A DNA stretch of 33,687 bases from Squalus acanthias (GCA_030390025.1 JASTWF010000244.1:682001-715687), one strand, 5' to 3'. Numbered from the stretch's first letter, positions 10,901 to 22,468 are shown. Translations and numbers: made by a program. The notes: a model not told the origin generated them from the letters alone.

Positions 10901-10995
10901 ATAACCTAGGAAACAGTAGTTAACATGCTACATATAGGAAGGAAAATAGACAACACATACACATGAATGATGTTGAAATGGTTAAGGATGAAGCT

Positions 10996-12140
10996 GAAAA
11001 GATTGGGGCTCATGGGATTGGGGTAATATACGAGCATGGATTGAGGATTGGTTGATGGACAGAAAACAGAGAGTAGGAATAAATGGGACATTTTCGGGTT
11101 GGCAAGCTGTAACTAGTGGGGTACCGCAAGCATCTGTGCTTGAGCCTCAGCTATTCACAATCTATAGTAATGCTTTGGATGAGGGGACCAAATGTAATAT
11201 ATCCAAGTTTGCTGATAATATAAAGCTAGGTGGGAATGTATGTTGTGAGGAGGATGCAAAGAGGCTTCAAGGGGATATAGACAAGCTAAGTGAGTGGGGA
11301 AGAACATGGCAAATGGAATATGATGTGGAGAAATGTGAAGTTATCCACTTTGGTAGGAAAAATAGAAAAGCAGAGTATTTCTTAAATGCTGAGAGATTGG
11401 GAAATGTTGGTGTTCGGAGGGACCTGGATGTCCTTGTACAAGAATCATTGAAAGTTAACATGCAGGTACAGCAAGCAATTAGGAAAGCAAATGGTATGTT
11501 GGCCTTTATTACAAGAGGATTTGAGTATAAGAGTAAAGACGTCTTACTGCAATTATATAGTGCCCTGGTGAGACCACACATGGAGTATTGTGTACAGTTT
11601 TGGTCTCCTTACCCAAGGAAGGATATACTTGCCATAGAGGGAGTGCAACGAAGGTTCACCAGACTGGTTCCTGGGATGGGGGGATTGTCCTATGAGGAGA
11701 GATTGAGTAGACTAGGCCTATATTCTATAGAGTTTAAAAGAATGGGAGGTGATCTCCTTGAAACATACAAAATTCTTACAGGGCTTGACATGTTAGATGC
11801 AGGGAGGATGTTTCCCCTGTCTGGGGAGTCTAGAACCAGGGGTCACAGTCTCAGAATAAGGGGTCGGCCATTTAGGACTGAGATGAGGAGAAATATCTTC
11901 ACTCAGAGGGTGGTGAATCTTTGGAATTCTCTACCCCAGAGGGCTGTGGATGCTCAGTCGTTGAGTATATTCAAGACAGAGATTGATAGATTTTTGGATA
12001 TTAAGGGAATCAAGGAATATGGGGATAGTGCAGGAAAGTGGAGTTGAGGTAGAAGATCAGCCATGATCTTATTGAATGGTGGAGCAGACTCAATGGGCCG
12101 AATGGCCTACTCCTGCTCTTATTTTTTATGTTCTTATGTA
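10996..12140 (+). mobile_element. 5'-truncated CR1 LINE (RT C-terminal half, 3' UTR and tail)
   Basis: ORF 11052-12047 contains GVPQASVL, SKFADN (degenerate FADD), RGHSLRI and FTQRVVNLWNSLP. The 3' UTR has GGCCGAATGGCCTACTCCTGC and a TATGTTCTTATG tail. Confidence 0.92.
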
Positions 12141-12741
12141 TACTGGCGGACCTTATCTTTTGATCAAAGACACTGAGAACATAAGGAGCAAAGGCTGCTG
12201 AGATGAGAATGTAACAGAACATGTGCAGGATATGATTGTATATTCAGCAATCTGTTTGATGACCTAAAGGTCAAAGTTAAACTCAGTAAGAATTGGGCAA
12301 CGTATGATTGTTTTTAACATGGTATAAAGAGGGAATCAAGCCTTCACTCATGTTAGGAACTTTAGCTACCTTCAAGGCGAGGTACCGTGAACGGCTGGGA
12401 TAGACAATCGCTCATGATTGTCAGGAAGTTCTTTACATGCAAGTTTCTAGACATAGGACTACATGTACTACTCTGTATGTAGTCTGTATGTAAGATGAAT
12501 GTTTTGAAACTATAATAAATGAAGTTAATTGTCAGACATATTACTCTCTCTAGCTTTTCGAATCGGTTATTAAAAGAATAAGGATTAATGCAACACCATC
12601 CAATTTTTCTTTCCCACTCCCTTTCCCTGTCACATATCCACCTTTCACATTCTCCTCCCCTTCCTCCACTCACTCAACCCTCCTTCTCTCCTCTCTTCTA
12701 TCCTCCCCTCACATTTATGTTCCTCTCATGATAGAACTCAC

Positions 12742-13062
12742 CTTGTACAGTGAGTACAGATTCTATTGTGAAACCATCAGGAAATGTTGGGTGCCTCACC
12801 ACACATCTGTACTTGACACCATCATCATTCTCTGTTGGTTGAATCCTCAGCTGACTGGAAATATTAAATGTTTTATCACTATTTTTGACATTTTTATTTG
12901 TATAGCTATCTAACGAAACATTTTCTGTTCTCCATCTTGATATCTTGACCCAGCTGATGTCTAGCGGCCAAGGATAAAATCCAGTAACGTCACATCTCAC
13001 AGAGCCCTCTGCACCACTCGGAATTGTAATGGATTGTGCGGATAAGCTAATGTTTGGTCGAG
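12742..13062 (-). CDS. NCR3LG1: B7-H6/NCR3LG1-like gene, Ig C1-set exon
   Basis: 321 nt with acceptor tttctacacag| and donor CAAG|gtgagt. Translation (A)RPNISL...VRCDVTGFYPWPLDISW...KNSDKTFNISSQL...YRCVVRH has C1-set motifs resembling the human B7-H6 C domain (GFYP, KNxDxTFN, YxCVVRH). Confidence 0.92.
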
Positions 13063-13478
13063 CTGTGTAGAAAACAAATGTAAATTTAAGTACAGGTTGT
13101 ATAGGTTAATAATACACCAGCAATATGCTGGCAATATCTTACTGATAAGCTACTACAAAGCCAAAAAATGTAGATCTTAGATGTGATCAAAATACCTTCT
13201 TTTCCCTTTCTACGTTCTCACATGAAGCCTTTCAAGCCTGAATACAATTAGTCTTTGTGATGAAACCAAGCCATAGAAATTTCCAACAAACAAAAATACT
13301 TTTGGTTTGGAATGGAACTTTATGAATTGGTATCTTAAATGTTTCTCTTGGTCTTCCCTTAGGCAATATCAGACCAGAACCCAGATACACAGGTTCATGA
13401 CCGCATCTGGGAACCCCCAACATTGGTCATTTCTGCTTCCTTGCCCTAGCAACAGGTCAGGGCAGGTTCAGCAGGCAG

Positions 13479-13659
13479 TACACCCAGGGAGAGGAGGGCA
13501 ACCTAGTGAGAGGAGTGAAACCCAATGAGAGGAGGTACACCCAGTGAGAGGAGGTACACCCAGTGAGAGGAGGTACACCCAGTGAGAGGAGGGCAACCTA
13601 GAGAGAGGAGGGAAACCCAATGAGAGGAGGTACACCCAGTGAGAGGAGAGAAACTAGTG
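13479..13659 (+). repeat. 19-bp minisatellite, ~9 units (consensus TACACCCAGTGAGAGGAGG)
   Basis: Directly visible tandem units, with variants GCAACCTAG- and GAAACCCAA-. Confidence 0.9.
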
Positions 13660-14183
13660 TGCTGAATGTTGGTTGTGGGTCGTATATGTGGCTTGAGCCT
13701 GATGGCCCTCAGAAATATAGGTGAGGTTTTTTTTTAATAGCTCCTTATAAAGGAAGCTGATCGGACAATTCATTCTTCTTTCTGGGGAGCAGAGGCAACA
13801 AACCCCCTGAACCCAGATCTGTCTGACTATGTAACAGTATGTGACCTCAGGGTGAAGGTGGGCAACCGAGATACATCCAGCGATGCAGACAGGTGCCGGG
13901 CATATTTAAATTAGGTGACCCTCCCGTTACTCCACATACTCAAAGGGGGTCAGCAGCACAGGGCTCTGGCTGGCATGATCCCTGTAATGTCGATGTAACT
14001 TCGCAGGAAGTGGGGCAGAAATACCGTTTATGTGCAGAAGCAAGGTTTCTGCCATGCTTCCGGCGAAGTTACAGCGGTGGAGCGGGAGCAACTCTGAGGA
14101 AATAATCATTATCCATAGACTCATGCACTTTCTGACATCATTTAACACGAAGATATCACACATGTGGTTTTTACGATCCTTAC

Positions 14184-14519
14184 CTGATACCTGCATTGTT
14201 GAAGTCTTTTCTGCGTTTTCAGGGGTTATGAACACAATGCAAGTGTAACTTCCTTCATCTGCTAACTGTACATTCGGAAGATGAAGTGAAGCATCTCCCT
14301 TTAGTAAATCAATCTCAGAAATGTCTGCTCCAGGTCGCGTTTTCTTATGATCTCCTCCATGGAATGAATACACTTCTGTTCGTTCAAGGAACCATTGGAC
14401 TCCTACCTTTCCTAAGTCGATGTTGTCACCAACATAGCCAGTTACCTTGCATTTCAGGTGAACATTTTCATTTACTAATACTTTCAGTGGGCTTTGAAAT
14501 ATCTCCAGATCTATGGTAT
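14184..14519 (-). CDS. NCR3LG1: B7-H6/NCR3LG1-like gene, Ig V-set exon
   Basis: 336 nt with acceptor tttttttttaaag| and donor TCAG|gtaagg. Translation NVHLKC...VQWF...RPGA...KGDASLHLPNVQLADEGSYTCIVFITP matches the B7-H6 signature RPGA...GDASLxLPxxQLxxxGxYxCxVxxTP as I recall it. Confidence 0.92.
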
Positions 14520-15715
14520 CTTTAAAAAAAAATGCAAGAGTTGTGAAACCATCTAACAAGATATAATGCCACAATAATACTGTACAGCTTTGTGCACAAG
14601 ACACATTTGTATATTCCTTCTAAGTTTAAAACAGCAACTTACCTATCCGTGCCATGTTTACTTTTAATGTAATTATTATAGAATATCTAGAACTTTCACT
14701 ACAAGATCTTCAGAGGTCAGAGCTGATCAGCATGTGTGCTATATATTGGAACTAATGATTGAAAACTGACAGTAGTTCTCTCTTCAGACACTTCTTTAAA
14801 CCAGTAAGAGTGAAAAAAATGAATAGGGTCTCTTTCTCATGGACGTTAATGGGAAGGGAGCTATATCGACATAAGTTCCAGCAACTCATGAGGCTGTTTC
14901 CCCCCCCAAAAAAGTAAGCAGAAAGCACGGGGTTGATTTACGTCTGTGCCGTACATCAGATGGGCGGGACAATCGCTATACCATCCCAGTGATGTCGGTG
15001 GGATGTCCAATCCATTTAGGAGTAAGGCCTTATTCAAACTTGATTGGCAAAGTGCCAGCACGAATCCTGCAGCTTACAGGCACCTCGCTGTTTTGGAGCG
15101 CAGGATATCTAACAGGCCAGCTGCTTCTCAAAGTCAACCTGAGCCTTTTAAAAGGGAATGTAGAGTTTTTATTTGTGGTGTGTTGGAAGCAAATATTTGG
15201 AGCAACAGGTAGAATTTCAACAGCCAGGGTACCCTGATATTCAGATACTGCCACGAAGGTGCTTATTGAACAAATCAGGGTCCAGGAAAGAGGTCCTTTT
15301 CCTTCAGATGATTGATGGATGCCACGCCAAATTAGTCAGCAGGTGTGAGAGAAATGGCTGAGCAGGTCAATACTAGCAACGTCATTCCCAGAACCTGGCT
15401 GTAGAGTCGGAAAAAATGTAATGATCTTACCAGGATAGCAGGAGTAAGACTCCTCTTCACATCTCTCTTACTCTGAATACAGCCCTGGAATACCACATTT
15501 TTCCACAACACTGCCAACCCTTCTCTCTCCCACTACACATGCCTCTCCTTCAATCACAATGGAACACTTTACTACACCTCCTTCTTTGTACACAGACTAA
15601 ACACCTGCTGCCGCCTTCAAAAGCAGGAACAAACAAAATTCTGCTTTTATTTTGTTTGGACTTGGGTAAAGTTCACATTTCTGTTTAGCTCTGTGATACT
15701 TCACATTGTATACAC

Positions 15716-15953
15716 TGTGGCGGATCGCCACCTAAACGGGCATAATCCACTTTCCGTCCGTGGACAAATATCGAGCACATTCCCTTTAAGGCACCTTACC
15801 TTTAAGGCAGGAGTGGGCGGGGCCTCAGGATTTTTCCAGAGAATTCTGGGAGCAAGCTGGTCAGCCATTTTTTGTGCCATGCTGTTGAATTAAAGTCTCT
15901 TGTTTTCCACATATGGATTCAGCCTCAATTCGTGTTTTGCGGCAGCCTCAACA
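15716..15953 (+). repeat. 5' LTR (238 bp, TG...CA)
   Basis: Direct repeat of 19826-20054, differing by ~3 substitutions and one ~8-nt indel. Confidence 0.95.
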
Positions 15954-15954
15954 T

Positions 15955-15966
15955 TGGTGACCCCGA
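15955..15966 (+). other. Primer-binding site complementary to the tRNA-Trp 3' end
   Basis: TGGTGACCCCGA lies 1 nt after the LTR; tRNA-Trp ends in ...TCGGGGTCACCA. Confidence 0.85.
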
Positions 15967-15993
15967 TGCTCAGAACATATTCCGAGCACTGCA

Positions 15994-18900
15994 ATGGCGG
16001 ACACGAACGCAGTTTCCGTGAAACTGCCGGAGTTTTGGGAAAACCAGCCCGAAGCCTGGTTTCTCCAAGCTGAATCTCGCTTCCAGCTGCGAAACATCAC
16101 CACAGATGGGACGAAGTACGACTATCTCGTCACATCACTCGGTAGCGCCGCAGTTTCGAAGGTTTGGACAACGCTGCAGAACCCACCAGAGGAAGGCAAG
16201 TATGCACATCTCAAGACAGCGCTCCTTAAAAAATTTACGGCCTCGGCATATCAGCGAAACTGCCACCTCCTCGACCTTCCAGGCCTCGGTGATGCCTCAC
16301 CGTCAGACCTCCTCTCCCACATGCTCTCCCTCATCGACGAGAGCCCACCCGGATCCCTCTTCCGCACGCTGTTCATCCGCCAGCTCCCTCTCAGCATCCG
16401 CCCAGCGATCGTGGCGTCCGGCCTCACGAACCTGGAAGCCCTGGCCGATGAGGCCGACAAGCTGCTGTCCGCTCACTCCAGCCGTGACGTCACTCCGGAC
16501 CTGGCAGCCAATGCCTGGGCGCGCCCCTCACCGGCCACCACGCGGCCACAAGGGCCTGCCACCAGGCCCACGGGGCCTTCATGCCCCACTAACCCAGGCC
16601 ACTGTTACTACCACGCAAGGTTCGGCGCCAGGGCACAACGGTGCACACCTCCCTGCTCTTTCAAGTCCGCCCCCGTACCAGCCCCTGCGATGGCCGTGGG
16701 CCACGCGGGCTCCCTGCTGTTCATCACGGATGACAAAACCGGCCGCCGGTTCCTGTGCGACACTGGGGCTCAGCACAGCATCATCCCGGCCTCCTCCCTC
16801 GACATCCAAAAGGGCGAACGAGGACCGGCGCTGGCTGCTGCTAACGGCTCGGAAATCTGGACGTATGGCACCCGGACAGTCACCCTCGACCTCGCTGGTC
16901 ACCGCTACCGATGGGAGTTCATCACTGCCAAGGTGCTCTCCCCTCTCATCGGCGCAGATTTCCTGTGTGCCCACTGCCTACTGGTAGACATCCCTCGTCA
17001 CCGCCTCGTGGACATGAACACCATGTCCCCCATTCTGGGCGCCATGGCCCCCCGTCAATCTGCCAACATGGCGTCACAGTGCCACGCCCGGGCCACGGAT
17101 GACTACTCGGCACTCCTGGCCGAATTCCCGGCCCTTACCAATCCGACCTTCTCAGCGGAGGCCGCCAAACACGGGGTGGAACACTTCATCCCCACCACAG
17201 GCCCCCCAGTGTACGCCCACGCCCGCAGGCTGGACCCGACCAAACTGGAGATCGCGCGGACCGAGTTTGCCACCATGGAACAGCTCGGCATCATCCGCCG
17301 CTCCAACAGTCCCTGGACCTCCCCACTCCACATCGCCCCCAAACCAGGCGGAGGTTGGCGCCCCTGCGGGGATTACCGCCGCCTCAACGATGCCACTACC
17401 CCTGATCGGTACCCCGTGCCGCACATTCAGGACTTCTCGGCTAGAGTGGCTGGCCGCTCAGTCTTTTCCAAGGTCAAGCCGGTGCGCGGTTACCACCAAG
17501 TCCCCGTCCACCCCGCGGACGTCCCCAAGACGGCCGTAATCACCCCCTTCGGCCTGTTCGAGTTCCTGCGGATGCCTTCGGCCTCAAAAACGCGGCCCAG
17601 GCATTCCAACGGCTCATGGACTCGGTCCTTCGGGACCTGAAGTTCCTGTTCGTCTACCTGGACGACATCCTGGTAGCCAGTTCCTCCAAGCAGGAACACC
17701 TCGAACACCTTCGCATCCTGTTCGGGCGCCTCAGCGACCACGGGTTCATCCTCAGCCCAGCCAAATGCCAGTTCGGCCTGGACAAGATCGACTTCCTCGG
17801 CCACCACATCACCCATGCTGGGGCCATTCCCCTGCCCACCAAGGTGCAGGCCGTCCAACAATTTCCCCGCCCCACCACCATCAAAGACCTCCAGGAGTTC
17901 CTCGGGATGGTGAATTTCTATAACCGCTTCATTCCCAAAGCGGCGTCCCTCATGAGGCCCCTGTATGAAGCCCTCTGGGGCAGGAGCGGCAAGATGGCAG
18001 TCGAATGGACGGCAGACGCGTCCGCCGCCTTCGACTCCACCAAGACCGCACTCGCCAACGCCACCCTGCTCGCCCACCCACGGCCCAATGCCAGGGTAGC
18101 GCTCACCACGGATGCCTCCGACCACGCGGTCGGCGCCGTGTATGAGCAGTGGGTCGACGGCGCCTGGCAACCACTTGCCTTCTTCAGCCGCCAACTACGC
18201 CCCCCGGAGGTCAAGTACAGCACCTTCGACCGCGAGCTCCTCGCGCTGTTCCTGGTGGTCCGCCATTTCCGGTTTTTGCTTGAGGGCCACCCCTTCACTG
18301 CGTTTGTCGACCACAAGCCCCTGACATTCGCAATGGCAAAGACAACCGACCCCTGGTCCGCCAGGCAGCAGCGCCAGCTCGCGGCAGTGTCCGAGTTCAC
18401 CATGGACATCCAACATGTCTCCGGCCGAGACAATGTGGTAGCCGACTGCCTCTCCCGCCCCGCCATCCACGCCGCACACCTGGCAGTCGACTACGCTCAA
18501 CTCGCAGCAGACCAGATCACCGACCCTGATCTGCTCTCCGCACCCACCAACCTACCAGGGCTACGCCTGGCCGACTTCGCCTGTGGCCCGACCGCAGTCA
18601 CGGTCAAGTGCGACATATCCCTATGTCAACCTCGGCCCGTCGTCCCAGCGTCCTGGCGCCGCCGGGTATTCGACATTCTCCACAACCTCTCCCACCCTGG
18701 CGCCCGCGCATCCATCAAATTGGTAGCCAACCGTTTCGTCTGGCGCAGCCTTCGCAAGGATGTGCGTACTTGGGCCAACTCCTGCCTAGCCTGCCAACGG
18801 GCCAAGGTACAGCAACACACGAAAGCACCCCTCGAGGAGTTTACCGTCCCCTCGCGGAGATTCGACCACATCCACGTGGATATCGTCGGGCCCCTGCCGC

Positions 18901-19682
18901 CGTCGCAAGGCCACACGCACTTGCTGACCATCGTTGACCGCACCACACGCTGGCCCGAGGCAATTCCACTGACCTCTACCACCACCGCCGACATCGCCAG
19001 AGCCTTCGTCAGCACCTGGGTCGCACGGTTCGGCGTCCCCTCCGACATGACGTCGGACAGAGGTCCGCAATTTACCTCTGAACTCTGGACCGCCGTCGCA
19101 CGCAATCTCGGGGTGACCATTCACCGCACCACAGCGTACCACCCCCAAGCCAACGGACTGTGTGAGCGGTTCCACAAATCCTTGAAGGCATCTCTTCGAG
19201 CCAGCCTCAGGACGGCGCCTGGACCGACCGACTTCCGTGGGTCCTCCTTGGCCTGCGCACCGCGGTTAAAGAAGACCTCCACGCATCGGCAGCAGAGCTC
19301 GTGTACGGTCAGCCGCTGCGCGTACCCAGCGAGTTCCTGCCCACCGCCATGAGACCCTGGTCAGCCGACCAGCAACGCCACGACTTCGCCTCACCGGCGC
19401 TGCAGTTCGCCCCGGTGCCCATTGCCCGACACGGCGAATCCACCTCACACGTCCCACTAAGCCTGCACCAGGCACGGTTTGTTTTTCGACCGCCACGACG
19501 CCCACCGCGGACCCTTTCAACCCCCGTACGACGGGCCCTACAATGTGCTACAGGCTGGGGACAAATTTTTCACCATGCAAGTAGGCGACAGGACCGAAAA
19601 AGTGTCGGTTGACCGACTCAAGCCAGCACACTCGGAGCCCGGTGAGCAGGTCCCTGTAGCTCGTCCACCTCCACGCGGCTGA
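15994..19682 (+). pseudogene. gag-pol polyprotein with ~3 single-base frameshifts (~17578, ~19210, ~19490)
   Basis: Gag VKLPEFW...CYYH-X9-C-X3-C; protease LCDTGA; RT YLDD; RNase H TTDAS...DRELLA...DHKPL; integrase H..H..C..C plus DIVG/SDRG/CERF; C-terminal GPY motif. Confidence 0.92.
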
Positions 19683-19825
19683 CCTGCCCTCAAGCCGGTT
19701 CACCCGGCTGCTCCACGCCTGGCCGTTCCACGTCCACCGGCGTCCTACAAGAGCCGCTCCGGCCGGCCCATCAGACCGCCGCACCGTCTCGTCCACACCT
19801 CCGAAGCGGATTCTGGGAGGAGCTG

Positions 19826-20054
19826 TGTGGCGGATCGCCACCTAAACGGGCATAATCCACTTTCCGTCCGTGGACAAATATCGAGCACCTTCCGTTTAAG
19901 GCACCTTACCTTTAAGGCAGGAGTGGGCGGGCTTTTTCCAGAGAATTCTGGGAGCAAGCTGGTCAGCCATTTTTTGTGCCATGCTGTTGAATTAAAGTCT
20001 CTTGTTTTCCACATATGGATTCAGCCTCAATTCGTGTTTCGCGGCAGCCTCAAC
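19826..20054 (+). repeat. 3' LTR (229 bp, lacks the terminal A)
   Basis: Direct repeat of the 5' LTR, preceded by the purine tract GGGAGGAG. Confidence 0.95.
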
Positions 20055-20274
20055 TTTCTTTCAACAACTCTCCCCTCTTGCACACACTTGCTGCTTCTTC
20101 CTCTCAGCATGCATCTGATGCCAAGCTGCCTTAGACATTATTCACACGAACCCACTCCCACTCTTCTTACAGGACAAGCTTGCACAAAACAGAAGGGAGA
20201 CTGCAGGAACCGGGAAAGGATAAGCTATGTTACAAACTCTCACTCCAATGGAGGATGCTGCCATCAATTTTATT

Positions 20275-20468
20275 ATAAAAGGCAGTCAGAAAGATTAACT
20301 GTAGTCGTCTGACATTGTACGCTACACAGGCATTGCTCTCTGTCTATATATGCTTTGCTGATTCGTATTCCTTCACTTCACCTGACGAAGGAGCAGCAGC
20401 TCCGAAAGCTTGTGATTTCAAATAAAACTGTTGGACTATAACCTGGTGTTGTGCGACTTCTCACTTTT
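20275..20468 (+). mobile_element. Penelope-like element 3'/pLTR fragment (194 bp)
   Basis: Perfect 12-bp TSD ATCAATTTTATT (20263-20274 and 20469-20480). It contains a TATATA box, a hammerhead core and AATAAA, the usual PLE pLTR layout. Confidence 0.75.
20378..20415 (+). ncRNA. Minimal type I hammerhead ribozyme motif
   Basis: TCAC-CTGACGA-A-GGAGC(AGCA)GCTCC-GAAA-GC-TT-GTGA: stem I TCAC/GTGA, a conserved core, 5-bp stem II and a palindromic minimal stem III (AAGCTT). Confidence 0.75.
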
Positions 20469-20695
20469 ATCAATTTTATTGGTGGGGGGAGGACACATAG
20501 CATAGGACACACAGCATTTCCTGGACCTGATTTGTTCAATAAACAACTTCACAGTAGTATCTGAAAATCAGGGTACCCTGGTTATCGAAATTCTGCCTGT
20601 TGCTCCAAATATTCGCTTCCCACACACCACAAATAAAAATTCTACCTCAGAGGAGTGGAGAGTTTGCGAGGAGTTGTAACGTTAGGGGGAAATTA

Positions 20696-21385
20696 AACAA
20701 GAACAACAACAACTTGCATTTATATAGCACCTTTAACAGAGAAAAATGTCCCGAGGCACTTCAAAGAAGTGTAATGAGGAAAAATGGATGCTGAGCTAAA
20801 GGAGGGATATTACCAAAATCTTGGTCAAAGAGGTACGGTATAAGGAAGATCTTAAAGGTGATGGGGAAGTGGAGAGGCAGAGAGGTTTAGGGAGGGAATT
20901 CCAGAATGTAGGATGAAGGCACAGCGGCCAATGGAGGGGCAAAGGGAGTGAGATGCACAAGAGGCCAGAGTTGGAGGGTTGTAAGGCTGGAGCAGGTTAA
21001 AGAAATAGGGAGGGACAAGGCCATGAAGGATTTAAACACAAAGATAACAATTTTAAATTTGAAGCATTGGGAGACCAGGAGCAAATGCAGGTCAGCAAGG
21101 ACAGGGGTGCTGGATAAATAGGACTTGGTACAGGTTAGGATGAGGGCAGCAGAGTTTTGGATGAGTTGAAATTTAGGGACGGTGGACAATGGGGTGAGGC
21201 CCAAACAGCATTAGTCGAATCTGGAGGTGACAAAGGCAGACTGGTTGAGTTTTGGCTGGAGGTGGGTTATGTTATGGAGGTAGAAGTAGGCGATCTATCT
21301 GATGGAGAGCTTATGAGGTCGGGAGCTCAGCTTGAGGACAAATAGGATGCCAAGGTTGCAAACAGTCTGCTTTAGCCTGAGACAC
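20696..21385 (-). mobile_element. L2-type LINE 3' fragment
   Basis: (TTG)n tail and GCTATATAAATGCAAG 3' end on the minus strand. Degenerate QNSAA...PVLADLH ORF2 C-terminus; homologous to 28745-29227. Confidence 0.8.
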
Positions 21386-22468
21386 TACCTCTGTTACTGG
21401 GCTAAATTCACTTTACACACCAACAAATCTCTGAAACTAGTCATCTCTAACCTTAGGAATAGAGAGTTCTCCCTCTGTGACTGTTTCTACTCCAAATTTC
21501 TGCAGACTGTCTGAGATCCAACTAGACAGGGAGCCTAAAACCTAACCTCTGATCAAACTTGCTACTGCCCTTCTAGGTGTAGGTTCACCTTGGAGCTAAC
21601 CTCCTCCCGCCCCTGCTGGGCTCAGTTAGATATGACTATTCCAGCATAGTTGTGTGTGAATGTCACTGGAACATATTAACAAACCTCATTGCCTCAAACT
21701 GTTGCACTAAGCACGAAACACCATTCTGAACAGATACTCCGTCTGAATTTAATCCACACTCCCTGAAGTTTGTGTCGCGTTAATCCCTTGTGTGTTGAAT
21801 TTAACTTAATAGCATGCAAATCTACTCGACATCCTTAGGCCAAATAATCAAAAAATCTTACAATCTGGCAGTGCTCCTGCTGACAAAAATTCATAGCACT
21901 GTCTGAGTAATTCTTTTTAATTTCCATGTACCCACCAGCAGATCAGCTGGTTCTACCAGTTGGACAAACCAAACATTCGACATCCATGGGTGTCAGATCA
22001 TGGGCTGGATTTGGCCTGCAGGCCACAGGCTAGACATGGCCAAGTTAGGGCATTGCACTGAACTGACATTGTAGTAGAAAATTAGAGCAATTGTAAAATA
22101 ACTCAGGTAAGATATGATAAACAGTACAGTCCAAAACTTACTCATTACTCTGATTATCTTGAAAGTTAGCCAATTGTGAACTAATAAAAATTAACCAATT
22201 TTAGATGAAGCAAGCGGCTGTAACAATAACAAATTGCTCTCTCGCTAAAAACTCGCTGTAAATGGCATGCTATCTTACTGCCTCCATTTCATGTTTACAC
22301 AGTACTGAAAATTAAAATAAATTATTTCAGTAATGCTTCGAGAAATTGAAAAGAGAAGCAATACATAGAAGTAAAAACTTTGATTTTATCTGACACTGAA
22401 GATGCAATTTGACACGTTTTTAATACCTGTAGATTCTGACGTGGCCATAATGTTTAGTAAATTACTTA

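Larger units (their letters stand above)
15716..20054 (+). mobile_element. Full-length Ty3/Gypsy LTR retrotransposon, CsRn1/Kabuki-like lineage
   Basis: Two near-identical LTRs, a tRNA-Trp PBS, gag-PR-RT-RH-IN order and a purine tract before the 3' LTR. Confidence 0.95.
15160..20645. mobile_element. Non-autonomous DNA element with ~90-bp terminal inverted repeats, hosting the Gypsy and Penelope insertions
   Basis: 15160-15249 (GTAGAGTTTTTATTTGTGGTGTG...CCAGGGTACCCTGATATTCAGATACT) is the reverse complement of ~20556-20645 with scattered mismatches. No clear TSD. Confidence 0.7.

Noticed and set aside
9250-11165. Single CR1 split by capture of the TM exon
   Set aside because: The overlapping ~170-nt RT segments differ at many positions, which favours two independent insertions either side of a pre-existing exon.
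13479-13659. CRISPR-like array
   Set aside because: Head-to-tail repeats without unique spacers, in a eukaryotic context with no cas genes.
14184-14519. Rearranging Ig/TCR V segment
   Set aside because: The exon encodes a complete V domain including the G strand and ends in a splice donor, with no recombination signal sequence after the YxC motif.
16106-19841. Many overlapping and antisense ORFs inside the Gypsy element
   Set aside because: Expected from high GC and codon bias of gag-pol. No recognisable domains, except the frameshifted integrase continuations.
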